Below, piece after piece: positions 36,550-48,929 of a DNA stretch of 64,000 nucleotides. Both the position numbers and the translations under genes were made by a program. Position 1 is the stretch's first letter. Every line of letters starts with the position of its first letter. Below the pieces are notes generated by a model. The model was not told the origin of the DNA. It searched no databases and worked only from the letters and a program-made list of their open reading frames with translations. Source of the DNA: Takakia lepidozioides (taxonomy: Eukaryota > Plantae > Bryophyta); the NCBI GenBank assembly GCA_030704615.1, contig CM060733.1, forward strand, positions 61,814,001-61,878,000. The letters are read 5' to 3'.

Positions 36550-37304
36550 TCACTGCGACTTACGAAGTAGAGAGAGTCTCATTTACTCTATAGAAAATCG
36601 ACGCGTGTCATTATAGTTAAGAAATAATACCATATAGGTTACAATTAATAAAAATGTCCCTGGGGGGTCCAACCCGCAGTCGTTAAAACAACAGAAGCTC
36701 CACACCAGCACTATCAGGACCAGTGTCAAAGGTGCGGACGTGTCCAGAGGCTACGAAGGGATATCTAGAAGAAGGCCAGAATCAATTGGATTGAAACTGC
36801 AGTCCAGTACTGATCCAACATTACTACATCTTTCCCCTCTTTTGACAGGGAGTTTGCATTCCGGATTGACGGAACTGTTCAAAGTTGTTTCGGAATGGCT
36901 GATGAGCCTCACTTCAAGTGAAAGATTGAACTGTGAAGGCGTCATTTCAAATCTGGTTTCTTATTTTCCGCAATATTTGAAGCCAAGAACCGATAGCATG
37001 GATGGAGTGCATCCATGGAGTGCGTGTTATTGGCTCACCAAGCTTGTATGAGGCTTGTACTAGCAAGTCTACCTCTGGAAAATCATAATATTAAAAATAT
37101 TTATTTTCTTATTTTTTGGAAATCGACATATAAACCCGCAGTGGTTTCGGCGACTTCTGATCCTCATCCGCCATGCCACCGTGGCCCCAATTTGCCTGCG
37201 ACGACTGGCAAGTCGTCATTTAGAACCTGGAGTCCAAGGCGCAGTCGTTTCGGACAGAATCGCAACCGCGAGTCGGGTGCGAAAAGCACCTATTCCTTGT
37301 AGTG
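36550..37304. mobile_element. Right terminus of another CACTA element
   Basis: Ends ...GAAAAGCACCTATTCCTTGTAGTG at 37304 (reverse complement CACTACAAGGAATAGG) with CGACT/AGTCG subterminal motifs at 37140-37280. It abuts the truncated start of a CACTA transposase. Confidence 0.65.
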
Positions 37305-38528
37305 TCAATCCATGACTATCCTGCATTTGGCTTACATTCAGGTCAAGTGACGAAAGGTTATGCTGGTTGTCCAGCTTGTGGACCCGGGGTGACTTCACAG
37401 AATTTACACTCATGTAGGAAAACTGTTTTCCTTGGCCATCGAAGATTTCTTGCCCGCAATCATCCATATAGAAGGTCACTGAATGTTCAATGGCATTGCT
37501 GAGCATCGAACGCAGAATGGAACACAAATCAGGGACCTCGCAACAGCTCGCATTGCATGGGTAGCAAATGGAGGGACACCAGATAGCATAACAGACCCTT
37601 CAAAAACTCATGGAGTTAAGCGATTGTCAATTTTATATCTTACCTTATTGGGAGGTAATTCCTTCTTGGCCTTTAAATTGGTTGTGTACATTTTTGCATG
37701 CTGCCTTAAAATTGTAAATGAGTAAATGTTCATTGCTTATGTGTTGATTTTGTAGGGCCTCCTCATCCGCCATACGTTTGACGCAATGCAGAACAGACCC
37801 TTCAAAAACGCATGGAGTTAAGCGATTGTCAATTTTATATGCCTTACCTTATTGGGAGGTAATTCCTTCTTGGCCTTTACATTGGCTATGTACATTTTTG
37901 CATGTTGCCTTAAAATTGTAAATGAGTAAATGTTCATTGCTTATGTGTTGATTTTGTAGGGCCTCCTCATCCGCCATACGTTTGATGCAATGCATTGCGA
38001 GAAGAACTTTGCTGAAAATATTATTAAAACTATCTTTGGTGAGAAAGACACATTGAAAGTTCGCCGTGATGTGGCTAAAACATCATCCCAACAGACCAGA
38101 TACATTAATTATGCCTCCTGCCCCTTATGTCCTCACTGAGGCTGAGTTAAAAGTCTTTCTGGAGATTGTGCAGAACCTGAAAGTGCCAACAGGCTATGCA
38201 TCAGCTCTCAAAAAGCATGTGGTGAAGAAGAAATTGTCTGGCATGAAATCACATGACTATCATGTGCTCATGCAGCAAATTATGCCACTTGCTATACATG
38301 GGCTTCATAGCAAGTGGTCCTCGCATGGCCATTTTGCGAGTATGTCGTGTATTTAGGAAGTTGTGTGCAAAAGTGGTGAATCCTGCAGAGTATGAGGAAT
38401 TGGAACGTGAAGCAGTTGTCACTCTGTGTCTTGTAGAGAAGGAGTTTCCACCATCATTTTTTGATGTGACGACACATTTGGTTGTCCACCTAGTGGATGA
38501 GTTGTACTTATGCGGGCCCATAGCATCC
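37305..38528 (+). pseudogene. CACTA TnpD-like transposase fragment (Transposase_21/DUF4218 region)
   Basis: SIHDYPAFGLHSG...GYAGCPAC...FLGHRRFL, HTFDAMHCEKN, LKVPTGYAS, GMKSHDYHVLMQ, FPPSFFDVTTHLVVHL...CGPI. Includes an intron and a ~200-bp direct duplication (37593-37790 / 37794-37990). Confidence 0.9.
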
Positions 38529-40690
38529 AACGACGCAATGGCGTGAGCCTTGCGCGTGAGCGCGCGAGCGTACGCTCACACAGGAGTGACGTGGCGTGAG
38601 CGTGCACCCCCGCCGACGTGGTGTTAGCGTGATGTAAGCAGGCTGATGTGGCGGCAAATGCTGACGTGGCCCTGCGCTGTCATCTGCCACGTCAGCATGA
38701 ACATGCGCCGCCTATAACCGAGGATGGTCCTATGACCGTGGGAATAATGAAGGGAATCCTTGGCTGAATACAATAAAGACTACCATGAGGCCTACAATTG
38801 CAGCATCCAACATTGTGCAATTACAAATGTTTGTTTCCCTTTTATAATTACAAGGGTTTGAAATATCCTCACAAAGTGTGCACCATAGAGGCTGCAACAG
38901 GAAGACCTTGCTCCCTCCCCAAATAACAATGAGAGTTAGGATCATCTTCAAAAGATGGTTGCAGTGCATAGCGACAGGAAGACATGTAGACTTTGAACGG
39001 TGCAATGATGAATGTGCTTTTAAAAGTTGCCACTCAGAGCTCACTCAGTATAGTTGGAAGGATAATGGAGGGATAAGGGACGCCATATCATTGCACCGCC
39101 GACGATGTTGCAAACAAATTGATTTGAATTGAATTTCCATGACAATGTTGCAAATTGCACATTTCATTGCATGATCGTCCATATACCACATGGCATAGTT
39201 GATGCTACCTATGTGTTGTATCCCGCTGCAATAGAGTATCGACCTCGTTGAAACTCAGAGTGGCCTGGTGAACGAAGTTGTCACGTTTGGGATCGCAAAC
39301 CATCCTCTTCAAAAAATACGAAATACAAATGTTTGCAGGGTATGAATTTACCTCTCTTGCCCAAACTGGTTGATAGCATATTCACAAAATCAGGACATGT
39401 GCAATTGGGAAAATTGGAAACCGTGATGTCGTATGCCCTGTCATGAACAGCAGGTGTCGAAGTGATCATTGTGTACACCCGACCATATCCTGGATCGGAC
39501 ACTTCCGTGGTGCTTGCAACACGAGCTTGGAGCATTCTTGCGGACTCCACTTTACCGAAGTGTTCAGCGGTTGGAGGCAAACGCCAAACCAGCTTTCCAT
39601 CTCGTTTGGTTGGCCACAAGTGAGGATTTGTCGGGGGACCCGAGAGGACGCAGAAGTAGAAACACATGTATGCAGTAGGGGTTGTCTCGCAAGGGAAAAG
39701 CCTGCCTCCTCCAGCATTGCAATCTCCTGACTTGTGAGATGTGTTCCCACCTTGACGGGCCAAACGGTTGGAGGAGCTGGCTTCATCACCACGGAAGGAC
39801 GCACAGTTCCATGCACACATCTACCACAATCGTCTGCGCAGAACCAGAACTTGTGGTTCTTTGCTTCTGGTTGGCCATATGGACGCATCAAACCCGTGAA
39901 AGTCGGAGCAGGAGTCTGGGCACCGCCTCTGGATATAGATGAAGTGCACTTCTCGAAATTAGTTGCCTTGATCGCTGTACATTTCACACGAGACCCTGCA
40001 CTTGTGCGTTCTATGTGCCAAACGTGGTCGGGGCATGCGGACTCCAACACATCAAGGGCGTAGTTTCTCTCCTGCACCATTTCAGTGGCACTGTTAGATG
40101 CTGGAGCATGTCGTCGAGTCGGAGGTTTCTCCAGAATGGAGGTTCCGGACATGGATCTGCCATGCAGGGGAACACGAGGCTTCGAGAAGTTATCACGGTC
40201 TGCCCTGTGCGAATCGGAATCCGAACCAGGTGGGGTGTTCAATTTCCTCTTACATGAGCCGAATCTCTCCTCCCCTTTAAGATGTGGAACTCTAGAAACA
40301 AGTGGCGTTCCCTGAGCATACATGCTCACCGCCCGTGCTATCTTGCTTGGATCCCCAGATCTGTTTGCAGCACACAACATCAACTCATGTTTGTCCGAGC
40401 CCTTGCCACCAGCCCCTCCTTGCAAGAAATCACGGTATCTGGTTTGTTGTTGCAAGGCACGTATCAGATCATCTATTGTTGCCACATACAAATCCCGACC
40501 TCATTTCCCAGACTGTTGCAACCATGCATTGTGCATCTCTGCCAAATTGCAAGATGGCATGTCCGCCATTTCCTCAATGGACATGTTCTGCAAAGAGCAG
40601 AACCACACTTCAGAACAGTGCATAGGGAACAACATAAAGAAAACAAAGAGAGCAAAATTTGGAAAGTAAATGTATGAATAAAGCTAGCAA
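38529..40690 (-). mobile_element. 3' half of a MULE (lineage C) with SWIM finger and terminal GCGTGAGCC repeats
   Basis: Minus-strand DMPSCNLAEMHNAW (~40520-40565), ORF 39466..40491 homologous to 31624..32544, SWIM CTCPDF...PCKHLYF (39281..39820). The end near 38530 has GGCGTGAGCC motifs like the TIR of the 970-3358 element. Confidence 0.8.
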
Positions 40691-40699
40691 TACAAGCTT

Positions 40700-43600
40700 C
40701 GCACCATTGTCATGGCTGCTCCCCACTGTCTGTACCGGAAGTGCCAAAACGTCAGCCAATCTTCCAATGCTCTAATTGGTCTGTCATGATATTCACTCCA
40801 GAGCCTCCATCTATCAGTACATCAGTTAGTTCTGTGCTTCCAATTCTCAATTGGATTACTGGCATAGAATCATCAAAGTCCATGACTGTTTCTCGTCCTT
40901 CCGGCTTCACATTATAACTGGTCACCTTGCTGTTCAGGTCTGTGTTTTCTGTCACATGGGCAATTTGATTGATTGCTTGATACAGCCTGTGTCTACAATA
41001 AGGTACCACAGCCAATAGCTGTCCAATGGTAATCTCTGCTTTGGTCTGGCATATTACTTCAGCCAAAGTCCCTTCATTACTCTACATGTCTGCAGCTTCT
41101 TTCTTCCTTTCATCCTCACTCACTTCTTCTTCTCCATCAGAATCAGAGGAATCTGCCATAGGAATATCAGTACTCTTCTGCATTTCCCTTATGGTATCTG
41201 CCACTTCCTTGTGAAGTTCCTTCTCATCCCTCCAAGCCTCATCATCTTCAGGCACATCACTGCCATCTTCATTTTCATCATCTTCCTCAACTACTGGAGG
41301 TGTTAGTTTGGCTTTGCTTCTCGTTATTATCATTGTACTTACTTTTGGTACAACACATGGCCTAACCATGTGAGCTGCCACCACTGGGCCCTCATTCACA
41401 TGAGCTCTCATCTCATTCTGGTGTCTAATCCAGTATGAACAGGCTGCCTTGCGATGTCCTGCCTGATTACAATAGTAACACAGTTCTTCACCATTGGGTC
41501 CTCGCCCTTGGTCTGCTCTAGGATTATTTCTGTAATCCTGATTCCCTGGATGGTAATTCCCCCTTGGATTACCCTGATAGTTGCATCTGGAATTTCCTTG
41601 GTAATTCCCTCTTGAATTACCTCTCCCTTCCATGCCATTGTTATAACCACCAGGCCTACCATAGTGGTCCTGATCACTGTTTCTTCTTGGCTGGGGCTGC
41701 ACTTGATGCACCCTTACTTGCCTAGGTTCTCTAGCTGTTGTCCTTCTGTTATAGTAACAATTCTCAGTAGAATGGTTATCCATCTTACAGATAGTACAGT
41801 GTTTCTCCTTCATGTGGCATTCAGTGGTGGTATGGCCTTCATTTTGGCACTTTGCACACCAAACACCCTTCCTCCAATGTGTTGCAGCCTCTGTGGCATA
41901 CTTCTTCAAGATTTCTTCTAATCTTTTCTCATAGTTATCTCTCTTCAACTTCTCCTTTCTCTTACTCTTCCTTTTCAGCTCTTGCTCTTCTTCCTCATCC
42001 GACTCATCCTCAGAGTCCTCATCATCCCTTTTCTCTCTCCTCAGCAATCCCAATTGCTCAATTTTGTTCGCTGTTTCAACTGCCTCCTCCACTGTATTAT
42101 GGGGTAACATATCCACTTTCTTTTGCAACTCTGGTCTTAGTCCACTCACAAACCAAGTCTTCTGTAAACCTGGTGTTGGTACAGCAGCCAGCTTTTCATC
42201 ATCAATTCCATCTTTTCCATATATTCCTCAACAGTTTCATGCTTCTTTTGCTTTAACTGTTGTAAACTTCCATACACTTCATCCTCAGTTTTACTTGTCC
42301 TGAACCTATTTCGAAATGTTGTATTCAAGCCATTCCAGGTTAGGAAATGATTATCAGGGAATCTTACATACCATTCACTTGCCTTCTTAATAAGGGAACA
42401 AGGAAACAGTCTCATCTTGGCATCATCGCCATTCTCATTGTTCACTATACACATGTGCTCAAATTGGCTAATGTGTACATCGGGAACCCCTTTTCCTGAA
42501 TATATTGGAAAATGTGGTTTTGCCCGTGTTGGTTGTAACGCCATCTGTGGCCCTACCCTCTGCCCACTAACAGATGCTGGCACCCTTGCTGGTGCTGGTC
42601 CTTGAGGACCTGTTGTAGTTGTGGTGGATCTTCCATCAAGTGGTGGCCCCTGAGCACTCCCTGCTACTGGCCCTACGATATTCACAGTATTCCCAACTCC
42701 AGTTGCACTACTTCCCACACTCCCTGTCCCCCCAGAGCCAGATCCAGGCAGCCCGCCTGATCCCCCTGAGCCGACACCTTCGTTGGCCTGTGATCCAAGT
42801 GCTCCACTTGATCCAGGTCCAACGGGTTGGGATGTCCTGGTTGTAGTCTCAACCTCAGCTGTTGGGTCTACTTCTTCATACTCTTCCTCTTCCAATTTCT
42901 TCTCTCTATTTTCATCCTCCAAGTTCTGCCCTTGGGTTTCTTCTTCACTCATGTAACTCAACTGTAATGGTGTTGGAGAGTCTGAACTCTCCGTTGGCTC
43001 TGCCACATCCTCTCCTCATTCTTCACCTTCCATTTCAGAAACTGGAGTTTCTGCTTTTGGTGTTCCATGCCAACTCTTATCAAAGATTTCTGTCAAATCT
43101 TTTATCCAGGGATGTACCTCAGATCTTTCACCTCGTGGTTGATCTTCTTCCCGTACCAATTCCCTTAATCTTTCTTGCAAAGAAAAAGAAGGAGTGGCAT
43201 CCAACTCTAGTTCTTCCGGTATGGGTGATGTACTCTCTGATCTTAATGGTGTGAGAGGTCCAGATGATTCCCCTATGTCTATTCCCCTCTCCCAAAGATA
43301 TGGATAATTAGCTTTCAGATAGCTTTCTTTTTTTGCTGAATATCTCTGGAGTCTAGCTTCTCTTTCATCACTCATGTCCCATGTCTTTCATTTCTTTAAT
43401 GTGGCAGTAACCAAAACTCTTCTGTAGTATCTCTCGTATATGCCTGGGTTTCTTTCAAGCTTCAATGCACCTTTGGCTATACTAGAAGTCTCCGTTACCA
43501 TATAACCATATGGCAAACAAGTCTGGAAAGTTGTTCTTGGTGTGAGTTTGATCCACAGAATATCTTTTGGAATCCAATTCTTTACCAGTACAAGCTCTTC

Positions 43601-44001
43601 ATGCACATGAGTATAAACATTCACCTTCTTTTCCTCCCAGCCTTCAAACTCTACTCGCTTAATGGATAGCAACGCTATCTACTGTGACAGGCTGTGTCAA
43701 GCTGTGTCGAGCTGTGACTGGCTGTGTCGGGCTGTGTCGGCTGTGCGAAGCTGTGGTGGGCTGTGTCGGGCTGTGTTGGCTGTGACTGGCTGTGCGAAGC
43801 TGTGTCTGGCTGTGTTGGTTGTGACTGACTGTGCGAAGCTGTGCCGGGCTGTGCCGGGCTGTGTTGGCTGTGTCACCCCCCCCCCCCCCCCCAAGCCTGC
43901 TGCTGCCACCCCTAAGGCTCTTGTTGGTCTCAGTCTGCGCAAAAATTAAGGGTACCCCACAGAACCCGTAAAAGCGTCTAAGTCCCAAGCAGCCCTCTAA
44001 C
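40700..44001 (-). mobile_element. Ty3-like LTR retrotransposon 5' part (extra ORFs, gag with CCHC knuckles, protease)
   Basis: Begins TGTTAGAGGGCTGCTTGGGAC (44001, minus), CACAGC repeat tract 43680-43870, ORFs 43388..43672 and 43016..43375, gag 42146..43006 and 41082..42149 (CAKCQNEGHTTTEC, CYYCNQAGHRKAAC), protease VLIDGGSGVNIM (40752..41066). Confidence 0.82.
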
Positions 44002-45137
44002 AGGTATGCAGAGCAAGGGCGCGGGATGGAGGCTTTGGAGACCTATGAGCAAATGATGGGGGAAGGGGTGAAGCCCGACCACATCACGTTTTTTTTTGTT
44101 TGCAATGCCTGTGCAAGCCTCCAGCAGCCCTTGAAAAGGGCAAAGAGGTCCATGGTGACATCGTCAAAGGTGGAATTGTACACTGCCCTGGGGGACATGT
44201 ATGCCAAATGTGGGCGCATTGAGGATGCAAAGGGAGTGTTCGACAATATGGCTGAACAAAATGTGGTGTCATGGAACGCGATGATCGCAGGATGTGCCCA
44301 ACATGGTTGTTGTAGGGAGGTCCTGCAACTATTTGAAGGAATGCAAAAGAACGGTTTGAAGCCAGACAGTATCACCTTTATATGTGTTCCCTTTGCATGC
44401 TGCCACACTGGCCTACTGAATGAAGGAAGACGCTACTTTGATTCCCTGAGTCAAGATCATGGTGTCACTCCGACAGTAAAGCACTTTGACTGCATGGTGG
44501 ACCTTATTGGATGTGCGGGACAACTGGATGAGGCAGTGGATCTGATTGGTGCCTGCACAATCCATGGCAATGTGGAGATGGCTGAATGTGCGGCAACATC
44601 TATCATCAAGTGGGATGAATAGGATGCCGTGACTTATGTGTTGCTATCAAACATATATGTTGTGCAGCTGGCAGGTGGGATGATACTACAAAGGTGAGAA
44701 GAATGATGAAGGTCAGAGGGGTTACAAAGGAGCCAAGTCGCTACTGCATTGACGTTGGCAACAGGGTGCACACCTTTGCTGTACAAGGAAGTTGCATCCC
44801 AGAATTAAGGAAATCCATGCTGAGCTGAGAAGATTGTCTGGGCAGATGAAAGGAGGCAGGGTATGTGCCTGACACACGCTTTGTATTGCATGATGTGGGG
44901 GAGGAGGAAAAGGAATTTTCTCTTTGCCACCACAGTGAGAAGCTGGGCATTGGTTTTGGGCTGATCAGCATGACCCCTAAGACGTCTCTCCGTCTCATCA
45001 AGAGTCTTCGAGTGGGTGGTGACTGCCACACCTCCACCAAATTCGTCTCAAAGATTGTTGGCCGAGCAATTGTTGTATGGGACGTTAACTGCTTTCACCA
45101 CTTTGAAGATGGGATTTGTTCTTGTGGTGATTACTAG
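44002..45137 (+). pseudogene. PLS-class PPR-E-DYW (RNA-editing factor type) pseudogene, 5'-truncated by the LTR element
   Basis: PPR motifs 44026..44622, E domain, and DYW domain [13 protein letters not shown]...HHSEKL...SLRVGGDCH...[14 protein letters not shown]. The CxxC is mutated to GGDC, the terminal Trp codon is a stop, and there are internal stops and frameshifts. Confidence 0.9.
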
Positions 45138-45679
45138 TGAAATGATGATTTCTTGGCAAGATGCAAGTGTCTTGCTTCATTCATTGATCTGTGTAGCTAC
45201 TCAGACCATCCACATTTCCTGAGAGTCTTGACCATCATGTACTGCCAGAGAGGGCTGGAGGATCAGATGAGGGTTTGACAAGCGCACGGGATTGTTAGAC
45301 AAGGCCGATCTAAATAGTTATATGTGGCATTTAGATCAATGCTGGAGCATGGAACAACGCTTGCATAAGTTTTTTAAAGATCCTTCACACTGGTGGGATA
45401 GTAGCTTTTACAAGGGAAGCTTTCTTCATGTAGGATAAGAAGGAGTATGAGGGAAATCTATTATGATTTTCTTGATTGTACCCCTAATAGTTAGAATCTC
45501 GCTTTGTTGTGCAAAAACTGCTTTTACTGTCTGTATCATAGGTTGTTCTTCCTGAGCAGGGCATGAAAGTAGGATGTCCAAGGCCTTTCCCTGAAGTTTG
45601 CAAAGTACTAGGGAGGGTCGAGACTATGGCTGCTCAGCTGCTCCCTGGTCGTTTTCACGGACCACTCCAAAATCTCCAG

Positions 45680-47700
45680 ACTATAGACAAGCTGGTGTAA
45701 GTTTGGACATGTCCGTATGTTCCTCATTGCGTAGAGTCCAATGGAACCCACATTGAATTGTTTGAAAGCTCACTAACACTTCTTCATAAAGGAACTTGTC
45801 TATACCTCGTTGTTTTGTTGGCAGTAGAAGAGGACTAAAGTAGAGGACCCTGCCCCAGCCATCGTTAAGGGAGCTGAGAAGAAGTACATGCGAAAAGGAG
45901 AGCGTGTAACCAGAGCCACTGCTGCCAAAGGCACAAAGTCCTTGATTGATGCAAATGGTGACATAACACCAAGTTCTAGCGGGAGTAAGAGTCAGGTGGC
46001 CTTCAGGAGGCACCTCTCCATGCAGCAGTTTCCGTACTAGAGGTGAGCATGCACGCACCTGTTGGCTATCAGTTCTGTACAATGTGGCCATTTACATGTT
46101 GGGTACTTCAAACTATTAGTAGATGCATTGCTAAATGAAACTGCTAAGGGGTGTTGGGCGTGATGTTTGCAGGCTGAGAAAGCCGCTCTTGATACTACCA
46201 CCGACAGTGCACCAACTGCGGCGCCTTCAAAGGCAACCCCCAAATATCAACCCCCTGCCACAGTGGCAGATATTCTTATGCTACCAAAAGTACTCTACAC
46301 TTTCAGTGATTGCTTATACTGGGCGGTCCTCATTATCTAGTTTTCAATGTACATGTATGTCTTCATGGGTTGATTAATGTGGGTTTTATGGTGGGTGTTG
46401 TGTGCAGTTTAAGTTGAAGGACAAAATCAGCTTGTATGATCCTCATTTACCACGACACAGGGCTGCCAGTGGAATTGTCACTGGTGTGCCTGGAAAAGAT
46501 ACATATCACTGCCGTGTTATACCTGAGGGATTGTGGTGGGTTGAGGTGAATGATATCTATATTGCCAATTATGTCTTGCCTCACCCTAACGAGGAAGAGG
46601 TCCCACCGCAAACAATGTTGGAGGATGTCGTTGGTTTGAATTGTCTTTGGCCAGAGAAGAACATGAAGAGGGCTTAGATTTCGTTTGCCCGGGCATAGAC
46701 ATTGCTGGCAGTGAGAAGAAGGCATGAAAGTAGTTCAGTGTTCCTAGCATGCATGCGGAGATGCCGTGTAGAAGTTAGGCTTAGTGCTTTTATCATGGCT
46801 GGATTTTGTTGACAGTGTTCCAGCACTTAACTCTCTGGGATTCTATTCTATTTTGTGGAGCTTGAATCCCCAATGGTACTTCTTTAAACACTACACTAGT
46901 GGTATGTGTTCCTTTAGTCATGTTCATAATCACTTGCACATCACTGTAATAATGGTATAATTTAAAACTGTGGGAGTAGCCAAATGCACACAATTGCCTA
47001 CATTACCACTTGTATAGTGGTATAAGTAGTCACATATATATTATTGTACTAGTGGTATGAATTCCTCCAGTGGTATTCCTAATCACTTACACACCACTCT
47101 GTTAGTAATGACTCAAATCCATAGTTCCCACTCAGAGAGACACCATGAATGACTCAAATAGCTTACACACCGCTCTGTGGGTAATCATTCCAGTGACCTG
47201 CTGAGAGACGTCATCCACTCACATAACCGCTCTGTGAGTGATATTGTATATTCTCAGTTTTCATAGAATGACTCTATAAGTCATTTTGTGATCACTCAAC
47301 AAGTGGTTTCGGAAGTCATTGAATTTTTCACTCCATCCATTTCGTAGCACTGACACACGACACGTGACCATGCTGAGAGTGTCGCCACGTGTCGACATAA
47401 TCTCCAATATCATCCACGGACCACCGGCTTACACGTCTCCACTACAAAACGGAAGTGGTTACTTTACCACTATGACACGTCATAAGTGGTTGGTTTACCT
47501 CAGTGACACGTCATTGACATATCACAGTGGTTAATTTACCACTGTGACACGTCAGCTAACAGGTGGACCCGGACGTGAGTGGTTCGAACCACTGTCCTTA
47601 ACCACCGGTGCCACGTAATGTCTTTTACCACTCATTTGTCCTAATGCACTGGTTCTTCATCACTCTGGGGCCAGAGTGGTTTAGTGTCTTTTACTATATC
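45680..47700 (+). mobile_element. CACTA accessory-gene (Tnp1/TnpA-like) 3' exon and ACCACT/AGTGGT subterminal-type repeats
   Basis: 46402..46677 (LYDP...AASGIV...YHCRVIPEGLWWVEVNDI...LPHP...LEDVVG...LWP) resembles the En/Spm Tnp1-type C-terminal domain. Dense ACCACT/AGTGGT motifs at 46890-47690. Confidence 0.6.
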
Positions 47701-48929
47701 CACCCGACTTTTGATGACCTTCTGACGAAGTACGTATCGCAGATGAGGGTGAAGCTGCAATTGTGTCCTCCCCACAACACGGTCTTCAAAATGAAGTTGG
47801 GATCGACTCTCGCCCCTCCGTATACGCTGAAGCCACCGGCAGTGGCCGAATGGAGCTCAGGGGTGATGAACTACCACGACCGAGTGACGTACGCAACCCT
47901 GTTCATACAAACGATGGTGGCGAACCCATTGTACAGTCGACGGGACGGGAACATGCCTCACCGATACGACCAACTCCACCACAATCCAAAAACCGGCTCA
48001 GCTCCCCATCAACACAGCGGGCATTAAGGAGCAACAGGGTTGATCTGTTTTCAACACGCACGCATCATTCTGCTGCATTGGACCGGGCGGAAGTTGAAGC
48101 CTCAGATGATGACAACCTGCCACTACAATTCCACCTTAACCGACGTGTTGCATAGCAGACCCGTGGTTCCTCACATGTCGGACCATCTAATGCCGGTCCA
48201 TCTCAGGCACAACCCTCTCCGAGACCTCCTTCGAGACCACCTTCGAATGCGTCCCAACAATCGACAGAGAACAATCCAACCTTTTGTAGGCGATCGGCCC
48301 ACAAATAGGCCAGATACTGTGGATGGTATTCAAGACCGGAGTGGGAATCAACCTCAGAGAGAACTAAATGTGGTTCGAGGTCGCTTACAGGTTCAAAGGC
48401 TTGGACATGGGAGGTCAGATAGGGAAGACGATTCTAGCACTGATAATGACAATGGTGCTGAAGTCCAGAGGGACTCGAATTATCAGCCCATCGGAGCATC
48501 AAAATAGGATTTTTTTTGTCCCGTCGTCGAAGCAACAGAAGGAATTGAAGCAAACAACTTTAGGCATCCAGCAGCACATTTTGGTGGACATGTTTATATT
48601 TATGTAGTGAAGCAATACTTGTGTGTTCCTTGTCACTATGAGTATTTGTATTGGTGTTGTGTATGTCTTGGGAAATAAAAGATGTTGCCCATGTGTATAC
48701 CACCCAAAATGTCGACGAAGACATTGTCACTTGCTCATGTTTGTGTTTGGTGTTTTGTTTTCGTAATGAGAAACAATATGGCTATGGCGGTCGCTACCAA
48801 ATATTTTATTATATTAAAAGAATCGGCGGTCCCTTGCAATTATATTATTATTGTCAAGTTATTTCACCACTAATGTGAAACTAGCTAGGAATAGCTAGCT
48901 TTTACATATTGATATTTGGGATTGGCCCA

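Noticed and set aside
12212-37304. One 25-kb CACTA element joining the TIRs at 12212 and 37304
   Set aside because: The flanking triplets differ (TCC vs TCA), the TIRs and subterminal motifs differ, and the flanks are unrelated (LINE vs CACTA transposase).
47565-47610. tRNA gene (GGTTCGAACC B-box)
   Set aside because: Too short, with no cloverleaf or anticodon arm; it lies among CACTA-type subterminal repeats.
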